Origin: Vitrella brassicaformis CCMP3155
Taxonomy: Eukaryota; Protista; Chromerida
Assembly (NCBI GenBank): GCA_001179505.1
Contig: CDMY01000575.1
Span: 1-48,642 of the forward strand
Direction of reading: 5' to 3'
Length of the DNA: 48,642 bases
Of this stretch, positions 1-10,518 are shown piece by piece (within the stretch, counting starts at the first letter, position 1; every line of letters starts with the position of its first letter). Position numbers and translations under genes: made by a program. Below the pieces are notes generated by a model that searched no databases, was not told the origin of the DNA, and worked only from the letters and a program-made list of their open reading frames with translations.

Positions 1-1017
1 GCTCCGCGCACCCAAACTGGCCGACTGCATCATCAGGCGCGAGAGGGCCCAGCCGACGCCCCTCCAGCCACTGGCGGCCACAAACCATCACCCCCCAGCC
101 CCACACCGGCCCAGCACTCGTCGATCGCCTCACCGGTTATGCCATCGTCGCCTGCCAGCATGGTGGACAGCCGAGACGAGCAGCAGCAGCAGCCAAAGGG
201 GGAGAAGGAGAAGGAGAATGGCGTGTGGGAGGTCAGCTGAGAGGGACACCGTGGGCGTCACAGACAGACACTGATGTGTGTGTGTGGTGTGTCTGTGTGT
301 GCGTGTAGGCGGTGAGGGGCGGGATTGAGAGCGCCATGATCGCGACGGAGTTTCAGGCAAGAGAGAGAGAGAGGGAGAGAGAGAGAGATGCACTGATGGA
401 CCTGTGTGTGTGTGGCTTCTGTGGTGTGTGTTCAGATCATTTACGAGTTGTCATTTGACTTCGACATGGAGACGGCCGTCCCGCACATCCACTCGTACGT
501 CACCAAACTGTCGACCTACATAGCCACCGGTAAACAAGTGCCTGGCCACCTTACCCTTTGATGCCGTCGTGTGTGTGTCGCTGCGGTTTGTCGATGGTCA
601 GCTGCCAAGATCGAGGACCTCCGCAATGTGGCCCTCATGTTCGCCGTCGACGCCTACCACACACGGCTGCCACTCGTCGAGACACCGCAACTCATCGGTC
701 AGCTGGTCTCTCTGTCTGCCGGGGCACACACACATCAGTCCGTTTGGACGACCCACTTCTGTGTGTGTGTGTTCAGGTTTGGCGTGTTTGTGTCTGAGTG
801 TGCGGTTTCTGAAGCTGAAGATGCCCAAGATCACCATGGCGGGCGACGGCAGGACGACCGGCAAGACAGTCAAATGGACCGAATTCCTCTCTGAGGATAT
901 CAGGTGGGTGGAGGGGTCGGGGAGGAGGGGGTGCTGGTCGGTGTGTGAGGGATGATTGAGAACATTGTAACTAAGTCTATGTTTCATTGTCTGTCCCAAT
1001 GTATCTCTCTCTCTCTG

Positions 1018-1049
<32 letters not shown>

Positions 1050-1336
1050 CGTGTGTCAGTGAGGGTGAGGTTCTCGAGAGTGTGCCCGGCAGCTGCAGCC
1101 GCTCTACGACGGCACTCTCTACCACACACCGCAGTGGACTGACCGACCCAAACACACCAAGACACTCAGGTTAACACACACACACACATCCACCCACACG
1201 CACCTTGCCCCACTTCTGCAGGCCCGATGCTGTTGGCCACGGCGGTGGGGCGCGCCGGTCGGGTGTGCGGATGTCGCCATATGGCGGTGGGGGCGGCCGG
1301 AGCAGAGGCAAACGAGATGTGCAGAGAAGCGCATGA
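1..1336 (+). CDS. Cyclin-family protein (transcriptional cyclin K/T/L-like fold), 5'-truncated, multi-exon; apparent 2-nt frameshift near 1079-1080
   Basis: The spliced reading gives ...IATEFQ|IIYELSFDFDMETAVPHIHSYVTKL...|LRNVALMFAVDAYHTRLPLVETPQLI|GLACLCLSVRFLKLKMP...KWTEFLSEDI|SEGEVLE-CARQLQPLY. This resembles the second cyclin box (E..I+..L.FD+....P; A..F..D...T.L.L...P..I+.ACL.L+). Approximate exons: 1-231, 309-356, 436-529, 600-707, 778-903, 1060-1167, 1222-1336. Confidence 0.55.
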
Positions 1337-1527
1337 CCCTCCATCTCTGTGTGGGAGGCGATGGCCATCGGACCTACAGACGGACTTTTGTAGTACGGGA
1401 GGATCCTAAGCTAATGTGGTCAGCGAATTTGGCCGTGTCTCTTGGGTGTCCTCATTCCTCGCTCTCGCACGCAGTCTTGTGTGTCGGTTGATTCCGTCCC
1501 ACAGACTTCGTGTGAGAGTGGGGGGCG

Positions 1528-1827
1528 NNNNNNNNNNNNNNNNNNNNNNNNNNNNNNNNNNNNNNNNNNNNNNNNNNNNNNNNNNNNNNNNNNNNNNNNN
1601 NNNNNNNNNNNNNNNNNNNNNNNNNNNNNNNNNNNNNNNNNNNNNNNNNNNNNNNNNNNNNNNNNNNNNNNNNNNNNNNNNNNNNNNNNNNNNNNNNNNN
1701 NNNNNNNNNNNNNNNNNNNNNNNNNNNNNNNNNNNNNNNNNNNNNNNNNNNNNNNNNNNNNNNNNNNNNNNNNNNNNNNNNNNNNNNNNNNNNNNNNNNN
1801 NNNNNNNNNNNNNNNNNNNNNNNNNNN
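1528..1827. other. Assembly gap (300 N)
   Basis: Run of 300 N. Confidence 0.99.
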
Positions 1828-2003
1828 GGCGACGGCAGGACGACCGGCAAGACAGTCAAATGGACCGAATTCCTCTCTGAGGATATCAGGTGGGTGGAGG
1901 GGTCGGGGAGGAGGGGGTGCTGGTCGGTGTGTGAGGGATGATTGAGAACATTGTAACTAAGTCTATGTTTCATTGTCTGTCCCAATGTATCTCTCTCTCT
2001 CTG

Positions 2004-2035
<32 letters not shown>

Positions 2036-2757
2036 CGTGTGTCAGTGAGGGTGAGGTTCTCGAGAGTGTGCCCGGCAGCTGCAGCCGCTCTACGACGGCA
2101 CTCTCTACCACACACCGCAGTGGACTGACCGACCCAAACACACCAAGACACTCAGGTTAACACACACACACACATCCACCCACACGCACCTTGCCCCACT
2201 TCTGCAGGCCCGATGCTGTTGGCCACGGCGGTGGGGCGCGCCGGTCGGGTGTGCGGATGTCGCCATATGGCGGTGGGGGCGGCCGGAGCAGAGGCAAACG
2301 AGATGTGCAGAGAAGCGCATGACCCTCCATCTCTGTGTGGGAGGCGATGGCCATCGGACCTACAGACGGACTTTTGTAGTACGGGAGGATCCTAAGCTAA
2401 TGTGGTCAGCGAATTTGGCCGTGTCTCTTGGGTGTCCTCATTCCTCGCTCTCGCACGCAGTCTTGTGTGTCGGTTGATTCCGTCCCACAGACTTCGTGTG
2501 AGAGTGGGGGGCGGAGGACACCCAAATGACACAGACGAGAGAGAGAATGGCCGGCACTCTTTGTCAGTCAGCCTGACAGACAGGGGGCTGCTCGTGACCC
2601 TTTCTGTGTGTACTTGATGTGTCTCGTTGGTGTGGTGCGAGGTGCGGCTGCGTCCTTTTGTCGCCCGTAGTGATCGCCGCCTCATCACTGTGATGTCTCA
2701 GTGGTGGGGCTCCGTACACTGCCGCCGGCTGAATGACGCACACGTACGAGAGGGATG

Positions 2758-3057
2758 NNNNNNNNNNNNNNNNNNNNNNNNNNNNNNNNNNNNNNNNNNN
2801 NNNNNNNNNNNNNNNNNNNNNNNNNNNNNNNNNNNNNNNNNNNNNNNNNNNNNNNNNNNNNNNNNNNNNNNNNNNNNNNNNNNNNNNNNNNNNNNNNNNN
2901 NNNNNNNNNNNNNNNNNNNNNNNNNNNNNNNNNNNNNNNNNNNNNNNNNNNNNNNNNNNNNNNNNNNNNNNNNNNNNNNNNNNNNNNNNNNNNNNNNNNN
3001 NNNNNNNNNNNNNNNNNNNNNNNNNNNNNNNNNNNNNNNNNNNNNNNNNNNNNNNNN
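2758..3057. other. Assembly gap (300 N)
   Basis: Run of 300 N. Confidence 0.99.
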
Positions 3058-3223
3058 GGACGACCGGCAAGACAGTCAAATGGACCGAATTCCTCTCTGA
3101 GGATATCAGGTGGGTGGAGGGGTCGGGGAGGAGGGGGTGCTGGTCGGTGTGTGAGGGATGATTGAGAACATTGTAACTAAGTCTATGTTTCATTGTCTGT
3201 CCCAATGTATCTCTCTCTCTCTG

Positions 3224-3255
<32 letters not shown>

Positions 3256-4181
3256 CGTGTGTCAGTGAGGGTGAGGTTCTCGAGAGTGTGCCCGGCAGCT
3301 GCAGCCGCTCTACGACGGCACTCTCTACCACACACCGCAGTGGACTGACCGACCCAAACACACCAAGACACTCAGGTTAACACACACACACACATCCACC
3401 CACACGCACCTTGCCCCACTTCTGCAGGCCCGATGCTGTTGGCCACGGCGGTGGGGCGCGCCGGTCGGGTGTGCGGATGTCGCCATATGGCGGTGGGGGC
3501 GGCCGGAGCAGAGGCAAACGAGATGTGCAGAGAAGCGCATGACCCTCCATCTCTGTGTGGGAGGCGATGGCCATCGGACCTACAGACGGACTTTTGTAGT
3601 ACGGGAGGATCCTAAGCTAATGTGGTCAGCGAATTTGGCCGTGTCTCTTGGGTGTCCTCATTCCTCGCTCTCGCACGCAGTCTTGTGTGTCGGTTGATTC
3701 CGTCCCACAGACTTCGTGTGAGAGTGGGGGGCGGAGGACACCCAAATGACACAGACGAGAGAGAGAATGGCCGGCACTCTTTGTCAGTCAGCCTGACAGA
3801 CAGGGGGCTGCTCGTGACCCTTTCTGTGTGTACTTGATGTGTCTCGTTGGTGTGGTGCGAGGTGCGGCTGCGTCCTTTTGTCGCCCGTAGTGATCGCCGC
3901 CTCATCACTGTGATGTCTCAGTGGTGGGGCTCCGTACACTGCCGCCGGCTGAATGACGCACACGTACGAGAGGGATGACTGGTGCGATGGACGACTGCAT
4001 CAATATCGGTGCAGTGCAGCTGACAGGTGGATACTCTTCTGTGATATTCTGACATTCACCGTCAGTCACCACACGCGTCACACAATGTCATTCATGTCAC
4101 AGGAGTTGCCGCCACCCATACATCCACACCTGCCCATCCCTCCACACACTCCCGCCCAGTTCGTCCATCTCGTACTACTCT

Positions 4182-6945
4182 CTAGTATTGGAGCTGCTCT
4201 TCCTCCCCGTTCCTCCCCCTGTACTCCTCGTCATACTTCTTCCGATCTATCGAGACGATAAAGTTGTACTCGCGCATCCAACGAGCCATCAGCTCGTGGT
4301 CCTACACACACACACACACACAGACCTGATCCATCGCCTTTTGTGTCTGTCTGTGGGTCTGCTTACGTCGCGAAGGAGCATCGCGGCCGCCCTGGGCCTT
4401 TTGAGTGTGTCGGGTGTCATCCTCAGTAGGTGGCCGTGGATGCGGTGCAGCAGCCGACCCTTGTAGTGCTGCACATAGTGCCAGAGCCGCAGATTCTCAC
4501 CACATTGGCTGCCTGCAGACAGACAGACAGACAGACAAGACGGCCAGCCAGATGAATGTGGAGTGGTGTCTTGTGCCGTGTGTGTCTGTCTGTGCGCCTC
4601 TGCCACTGCTCCCCTCACCAACATCAAGCTCCTTGTCGTTCGGTCCGGCAATGACGCGCTGCTTCTGAGGGCCCTCCTCTGGCCAAACACACACACACAC
4701 ACACACACACAATGTGTATGTGTGTGTGCGTCTGCATCCGTGCCACCGACTCACTCACTCACCTTGTCCGGCGAGGGATTTAATCCTGTGCTGTCCGGTG
4801 GTGTAGAAGGGGAAGGCGGGGTCCCTGAAATTCATACACCCACCGCCACCACCACCACCACTAGCAGGTGCCGGATCTGAGAAATTCCACCAATGTGTGT
4901 TCATGTACGGCGGGGCTGTGTGTGAATCGGTCAGTGTCAGTCACTCAGTCACCTTGTGCGTCTGGGAAGGCATGGCTGCCCAGCCACTCCAGACCTAACG
5001 ACCCTGACACACGATAAGATAAAGACAGACAGATGGGATGGCGGGAGCAGGGAGGGAGCAGCGACTCCTACTTACGATGAAAGGAGCGCAACTCGTCCCT
5101 CCAAAGGCCATCTGCACACACACCACAGAACGAGAGAGAGAGATGTGTGGTGTGTCGGCCCTGTCAGTCAAGCATTCCCGCTGACTTGAGTCGTAGTTGT
5201 GTCCCGTGAGGACGATGGCCTTGTGTATGCCCACCCTGTGGCATGCGTCACACCTGGCAGTGAGGCTGTCGAGGGTCTGCCAGTAGACCCGCAGCTTGGG
5301 GTAGGCCGCCACGGCGTTCCGCACCAAGTGCGGCCAACGACTCGAATCCAAATGCGAGCCTTGTTTGGTCTTGAGGAGGTCTTCTACCTTCTTCCGCCCG
5401 CTCTCGTAGTACTCAATGCCCTCGTAGCTCTCAGGCTCTGCAATTCACCCACCCACCCCACACACACACCAACAGACAGACACCCACGCACCATGTGGCA
5501 GTGCTGCATCCCTGATTGCGATGCATCACTTGATTGACTTGTGTGTCTTTCTTCGTCCACTACCTGCCTCCATCTGCTTGTGCAGCCACCTGACGAAGGT
5601 CAGCAGCCGACCCCGGCCACTTTCAAGGGACAGCGCCCATCGGCAATACCCCCTGCACACACACACACACACACACAAGAATACAGCGACCAACGTGTAT
5701 CCTCCCTCTCTCATGAGAGCATGCCTGTGTCTGTCTGGTCTGTCGGTGGGTACCCACCTGTGTTGTCTCCATATGGTTGAGAAGTGCTTGCCCTTGTGCT
5801 TGCCGAAGGTCGCCACGGGGTCGCCATCCAGGTCCACCTCACTCAGATCGTCATAGAACTCGTCTCCAACACGGTACCTTGCGTCATCACTCAAGCTCTC
5901 CTCCCCATCGCTCTCCCCCTCCCCCTCGCCCTCCCTCTCCCCCTCGGCGTCGCTATCGTCGTGTTGCTGTCGGCCTTTCTGTCCCTTCCGCCTCTTTCTG
6001 CGTTTCCGCTCCTCCCGCCTTCGCCGCCTCGCCTCCTTGTCCAGCTGCTCCTGGCGCTCCTCGTAGAACGAGTACTTGAGAGTCGGCGACATGAGCAGCA
6101 GAGCCAAGTACTCCACATACCTGACCCACACACACAACGGGGCAGATGGATGTGTGGACCGAGGCCGCAAGGGTAAAGGCGTAGCTGACCGACCGTTTGA
6201 ATGCCTTCTTGGGAGTGATGTTGTCCTCTGGGCGGCCGGCGACTCCAGTGGGCCGCTTTTCCATCATCTTTCTATGAAAGGCGAGGATGTTGTCTGGCTC
6301 GCTCTCCTCCCCACTCTCGCTCTCCTCCTCGCTGCTGCTGTGGCCACTGCTCTCCTCTGGGCTATCTTCGTCCTTCCGTTTCTCGGCCGATTTCGTGAGC
6401 CGGCGACTCGGTGGTGGCTGCTCTGCCTCCTCTTCCTCGCCGCTCTCGCCCTCGTCCTGCTCAGCCCCGCTCTCCTCCTCCTGCTCATCGGGCTCCTCAT
6501 CATCCCTGATAAGTCAATCCATGCATGTGTATGTGCATCAGGGCAAGAAAGAGGCATGTACGTTGTCTTCATGTCAGTGCGTACCTGGCGATGAAGTCGT
6601 CATCGTCTTCGTCATAGGAGTCCTCATCCTCCTGCTCGCCACGCTTGCGGGCAAAATCACTACTGTAAGACAAAAACTGCACAGACAGACAGACGAGCGA
6701 GTGTCGTCAAATGTTGGTTAGGTCAAGCTGGCCCTACAGAGTTGCGCTTGGTGGGTGCGGCTCTCGACGCGCGAGGTGAGGAGACAGACACGCGGCGCTG
6801 CTTGGGCCGGGAGGGCTTCGTCTTCTTGTCCTGCCGCCGCTTCCTCTTCTTCTTCTTATGTGTGTCCGCCTGCTGCTCCTCGTCGTCGTCGTCGTCGTCG
6901 TCAACAATGAACTCATCCGTGTCATACCCCTCATCTGACCAACCA

Positions 6946-6976
<31 letters not shown>

Positions 6977-7384
6977 GGCAAATGGCAAGTCAGTGGCCAA
7001 TGTGGTGTATTGTGTTGCCTCACCCTCTTCCTCGTCGTCATCTTCATCCCCGCCATCCATCGGCTCATCCTCGTCGTCGGCGAGGCCCTTCTTCTGCCTC
7101 GTCCGCTGCGACAACCTACTCAGCCTCAAGTGGCGCTCAGATGCTGACAACTTCGCAGTCGGCGAGGAAGTGGCAGCAGCGGCGGCGGCGGCAGCTGGCT
7201 GCTCCTCTCTCCCCGCCTCATCGCTAGGCGGACGCTTCAGCCTTCTCCTCTTGGTGGTGGACTCCCCTTCCGGCTTCATGTCCCTGTCAGAGCCTTCAGG
7301 CGATTCCTCTTCAACCTTCCTAAGCCGTGAACGCCGAGGGGCGCGCTTGCCTCTGTCGGCGCTGCCTCCCCGTTTAGCCACCAT
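4182..7384 (-). CDS. DUF4211/CCDC82-like protein with a long acidic/basic low-complexity N-terminus and an internal FGKHKG motif; multi-exon
   Basis: ATG at 7384 (MVAKRGG...). Spliced exons include SRWPHLVRNAVAAYPKLRVYWQTLDSLTARCDACHRVGIHKAIVLTGHNYD (CxxC) and GSQCGENLRLWHYVQHYKGRLL, matching the DUF4211 pattern (C.AC.R..H....+.G..Y ... G..C.....+H...H+K..L). The last exon, DHELMARWMREYNF...QLQY*, stops at 4182. Confidence 0.6.
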
Positions 7385-7426
7385 GTCTGCGATGAGTCGA
7401 GCGTCGAAAATTGAAGTCGACCGGAG

Positions 7427-7435
7427 TGCGCGCTT
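7427..7435 (+). promoter_or_regulatory. Candidate promoter motif variant TGCGCGCTT in the DUF4211/SET divergent spacer
   Basis: One mismatch to TGCGAGCTT; 39 nt upstream of the SET ATG. Confidence 0.3.
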
Positions 7436-7474
7436 GAGACTGGCTCCGAGTGGGGGCACCCCCCATCTCGTCGA

Positions 7475-8674
7475 ATGAAAGGCGAGTCAGATTCGCCGCG
7501 TTCAACGTCGCCACTGCTCGAGCATGATGACGCCGAAGGCGTTGAAGGCGAGCCCGAGCAAGTCGAGCCCGAGCCGCTCCGCCCGCCGCTCACGGACCAT
7601 TCCTTCGGCTTTGACGACGCCACACTCAAGCGGTCGGTTCCGCTGCTCAACGCGGCCCTGGAGAGCGAAAACACGACTGCATTCACCATTGAGTTCCACC
7701 CCAGGAAGGGCCGCATCGTCCGCAGCCGGCGTGAGTTCCGCCCGATGGAGCAGGTGGTCACCGAGAGGCCCCTGGCGATAGTGGGGGAGGCGGAGGGGAA
7801 TGTCGAGTACGTCCGGCTGGTGGAGGCGTGTGCACAGGTGGACGGCAGCCTCGAGCCGTCCTGGTTGGTGCGAAAGACAAACAAGAGGAAAGACATCACA
7901 TCAAGATCAATCACTTCTGCATGTCTTTCTGGTGTCTCCATTCGTTCGTGTGCACACACAGGTATTGGGCAGCGGTCAACTCGCTTTCCCCAGAGGAATT
8001 TGTGTCGACCGAGGAGGGGCATGCCGGTGTCAAGGCTCTCCGGTCGTGTCTGCAGCGGCTGTCGGCGGAGGAGTACGATCTGATATCGGTGCTGGACCAT
8101 CCTGTCATGGTGGGGTTGAGCGACGTCACAATGGCCGTGCTCACGCTCGCAGGGTGGATTGACGTCGTCAGGCCGCTGCATTTTGAAGTGAGTCAGGAGC
8201 AGTGGAGAAAAGAGAGAGAGAGAGAGAGAATGGATGCTTCTGTGTGTGTCTGTGCGTGTGCCTCGGTGTGTGTCTTTGGCCAGCGTATGTTGAAGATATG
8301 GACGACGAACGCCTTTCTGTACAGCCACGAGCCCACGGCCTTGGCCCTGTACTTCATCCCCAGCTTCTTCTCACACAGCTGCTACCCCAACTGTGAGTGG
8401 GAACTCGGCCCCGACGGCCTTGTCCGGCTGCGCGCCAAAATGCACATCGACGAGGACGACGAGCTCTCCTTCAACTACCTTGACGACGCGGTCGGTAATG
8501 CACCGAGGCAGAGGGGGGAGAAACACACAGGCCTTTCAATGGTTTGGTGCATCACGTCAGATGTTGGTGCGTCCTGTGGGTGTGCGACGGGAGGTGCTGC
8601 GTCGGAGGCGTGGGTTTCAGTGCATGTGCGACCGATGCATGCATGAGGAGTACACTGGGGAGATGCTGCAGTAA
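7475..8674 (+). CDS. SET-domain protein (SMYD-like split SET with post-SET CxCxxC), multi-exon
   Basis: N-SET KGRIVRSRREFRPMEQVVTERPL; C-SET IWTTNAF...ALYFIPSFFSHSCYPNCEW...RLRAKMHIDEDDELSFNYLD; final exon RREVLRRRRGFQCMCDRC, TAA at 8672-8674. Confidence 0.8.
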
Positions 8675-9286
8675 GTAGAAAGCCTCACACAGCCAGCGCC
8701 TTCTACACGTGTGTGGATGTCTGGATGGTGTCAGAGGTTTGTGCTGCCCCAGCTGTGGGAGGGCGATATTCTTCTACATGCCGCCGAAGGGATGGTTGCG
8801 TAAGCTGCGGCTGGCGGTGACTGTGATCTTGGTGATCTTTGGGCATCTCATCTACTGTGCTGTGGTGTCGGCGGGATACTGACAGACAGAGAGGCACTGT
8901 GAGTGAGTGTGTGTGTGTGTGTGACTGCGTGTGTAGAGTATGTGGTGTGTGCAGAAGCGAGAGCTTCGTGGACGCATTGCATTTGTGTAGGTCTTTGTGC
9001 GTTAACGACAAACAGACAGAGCAAATGAGATAAGTCGTCTTGTGTGTGGGTATCCTATCCACCTCAGTCAGTCACGCCGTTTGACGGCACGCACCATTGC
9101 ACAAACAAATCCACGGCGCAACACGCCGCGCCAGGCCCACCTCTGTCTCACTCAATGTATGTCCGCGTGTGTGTGTGTGTGTGAATGTTGACGGACGGAA
9201 AAAGAGAGATGCATATAGACAGACACTGAGGCCAACAGATCGACCGACGTGGGCAGTTAGAGAGATGAAAAGCCAGCCGCGCGGGG

Positions 9287-9586
9287 NNNNNNNNNNNNNN
9301 NNNNNNNNNNNNNNNNNNNNNNNNNNNNNNNNNNNNNNNNNNNNNNNNNNNNNNNNNNNNNNNNNNNNNNNNNNNNNNNNNNNNNNNNNNNNNNNNNNNN
9401 NNNNNNNNNNNNNNNNNNNNNNNNNNNNNNNNNNNNNNNNNNNNNNNNNNNNNNNNNNNNNNNNNNNNNNNNNNNNNNNNNNNNNNNNNNNNNNNNNNNN
9501 NNNNNNNNNNNNNNNNNNNNNNNNNNNNNNNNNNNNNNNNNNNNNNNNNNNNNNNNNNNNNNNNNNNNNNNNNNNNNNNNNNNNNN
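9287..9586. other. Assembly gap (300 N)
   Basis: Run of 300 N. Confidence 0.99.
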
Positions 9587-10518
9587 GAGAGAGAGAGACA
9601 GAGAGAGAGAGAGTATCTTTCACGGCACACACACACGGACAGATGGGCAGTGCGCGAGGACGCACGAGAAATGCAGCACCATCTACGTGGGAGGGAGCGA
9701 AAAAAGGCCACGAGTAGATAGATAGAGATGAACAGGAGAGCTCTAGTCACACACACACACACATCCGAGTGCTGCACACCGTTCGGCCACGACCAAACAC
9801 AGAGAGATATACACATTAAACCACGCACGGGTGGGCGACAGATGATTGATGTACGACCGATTCATACGCACACAAGACACCGACGAGCGACACACACAGG
9901 CAGGCAGGCAGGCAGGACACCCACGTAAACACGCGACACATCCATCGGCAGAGGGGAATTAGCGCAACACGGCGACACACACACACACCACACCACACCA
10001 CACCACAATACACGTATGCAAACAAGCAGGTGACCTGCCTCTGCTGCTTCGTTCCTTCTGTCTGTCTGTCTGTCTGTCTCTGTCAGTCGACGATTAGAAT
10101 AGATTCCCATCAATGTCAAAAATCAGGCGCCCACCAGCACACACACGGCCCTTCCCCTCTCCCCCCTCCCCCCTCTCCCTTGGCGGCCCACTCTACGTCA
10201 ATTCCTATCCACACAAGCTTTCTTTGCTCGGTGTTGCCTCTCTCTCCTCGGCTCGCTCTACGTAGGGTCTGTTGTGTCCTGTGCTCTCTGCGTGTGTCGT
10301 GGATGCTACCAACAGCCACACCACCGACAAATAAACGACGGACGATCCAAGATAGTATCCAAGATAGTATCTAGCTAGGCAGTGAGTGCACGTCTGTCTC
10401 TCTGTCCCTCCCTCCCTCCCTCCCTCTCTCCCTCCCTCTCTCTCTACTATCTACACAACGACTTCACCCACCCACCCATGTGTGTGTGTCTGTCTGCTGT
10501 GAGAATCTGCTACAGTAC

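Larger units (their letters stand above)
842..3977. repeat. Three apparently identical copies of a ~0.7-0.9 kb segment (842-1527, 1828-2757, 3058-3977) separated by 300-N gaps; probable scaffolding duplication
   Basis: The copies match at offsets +986 and +2206 (identical ORFs at 977/1963/3183). Each copy boundary abuts an N gap. Confidence 0.85.

Noticed and set aside
842-3977. Apparent tandem triplication of the cyclin 3' end
   Set aside because: The copies look identical, start within 10 nt of each other and are delimited by fixed-size 300-N gaps. This is the typical signature of unmerged overlapping contig ends. Read depth or long reads would settle it.
10345-10371. Short direct repeat ATCCAAGATAGT x2
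   Set aside because: A two-copy local duplication with no spacers or associated genes; not CRISPR-like and not a transposon end.
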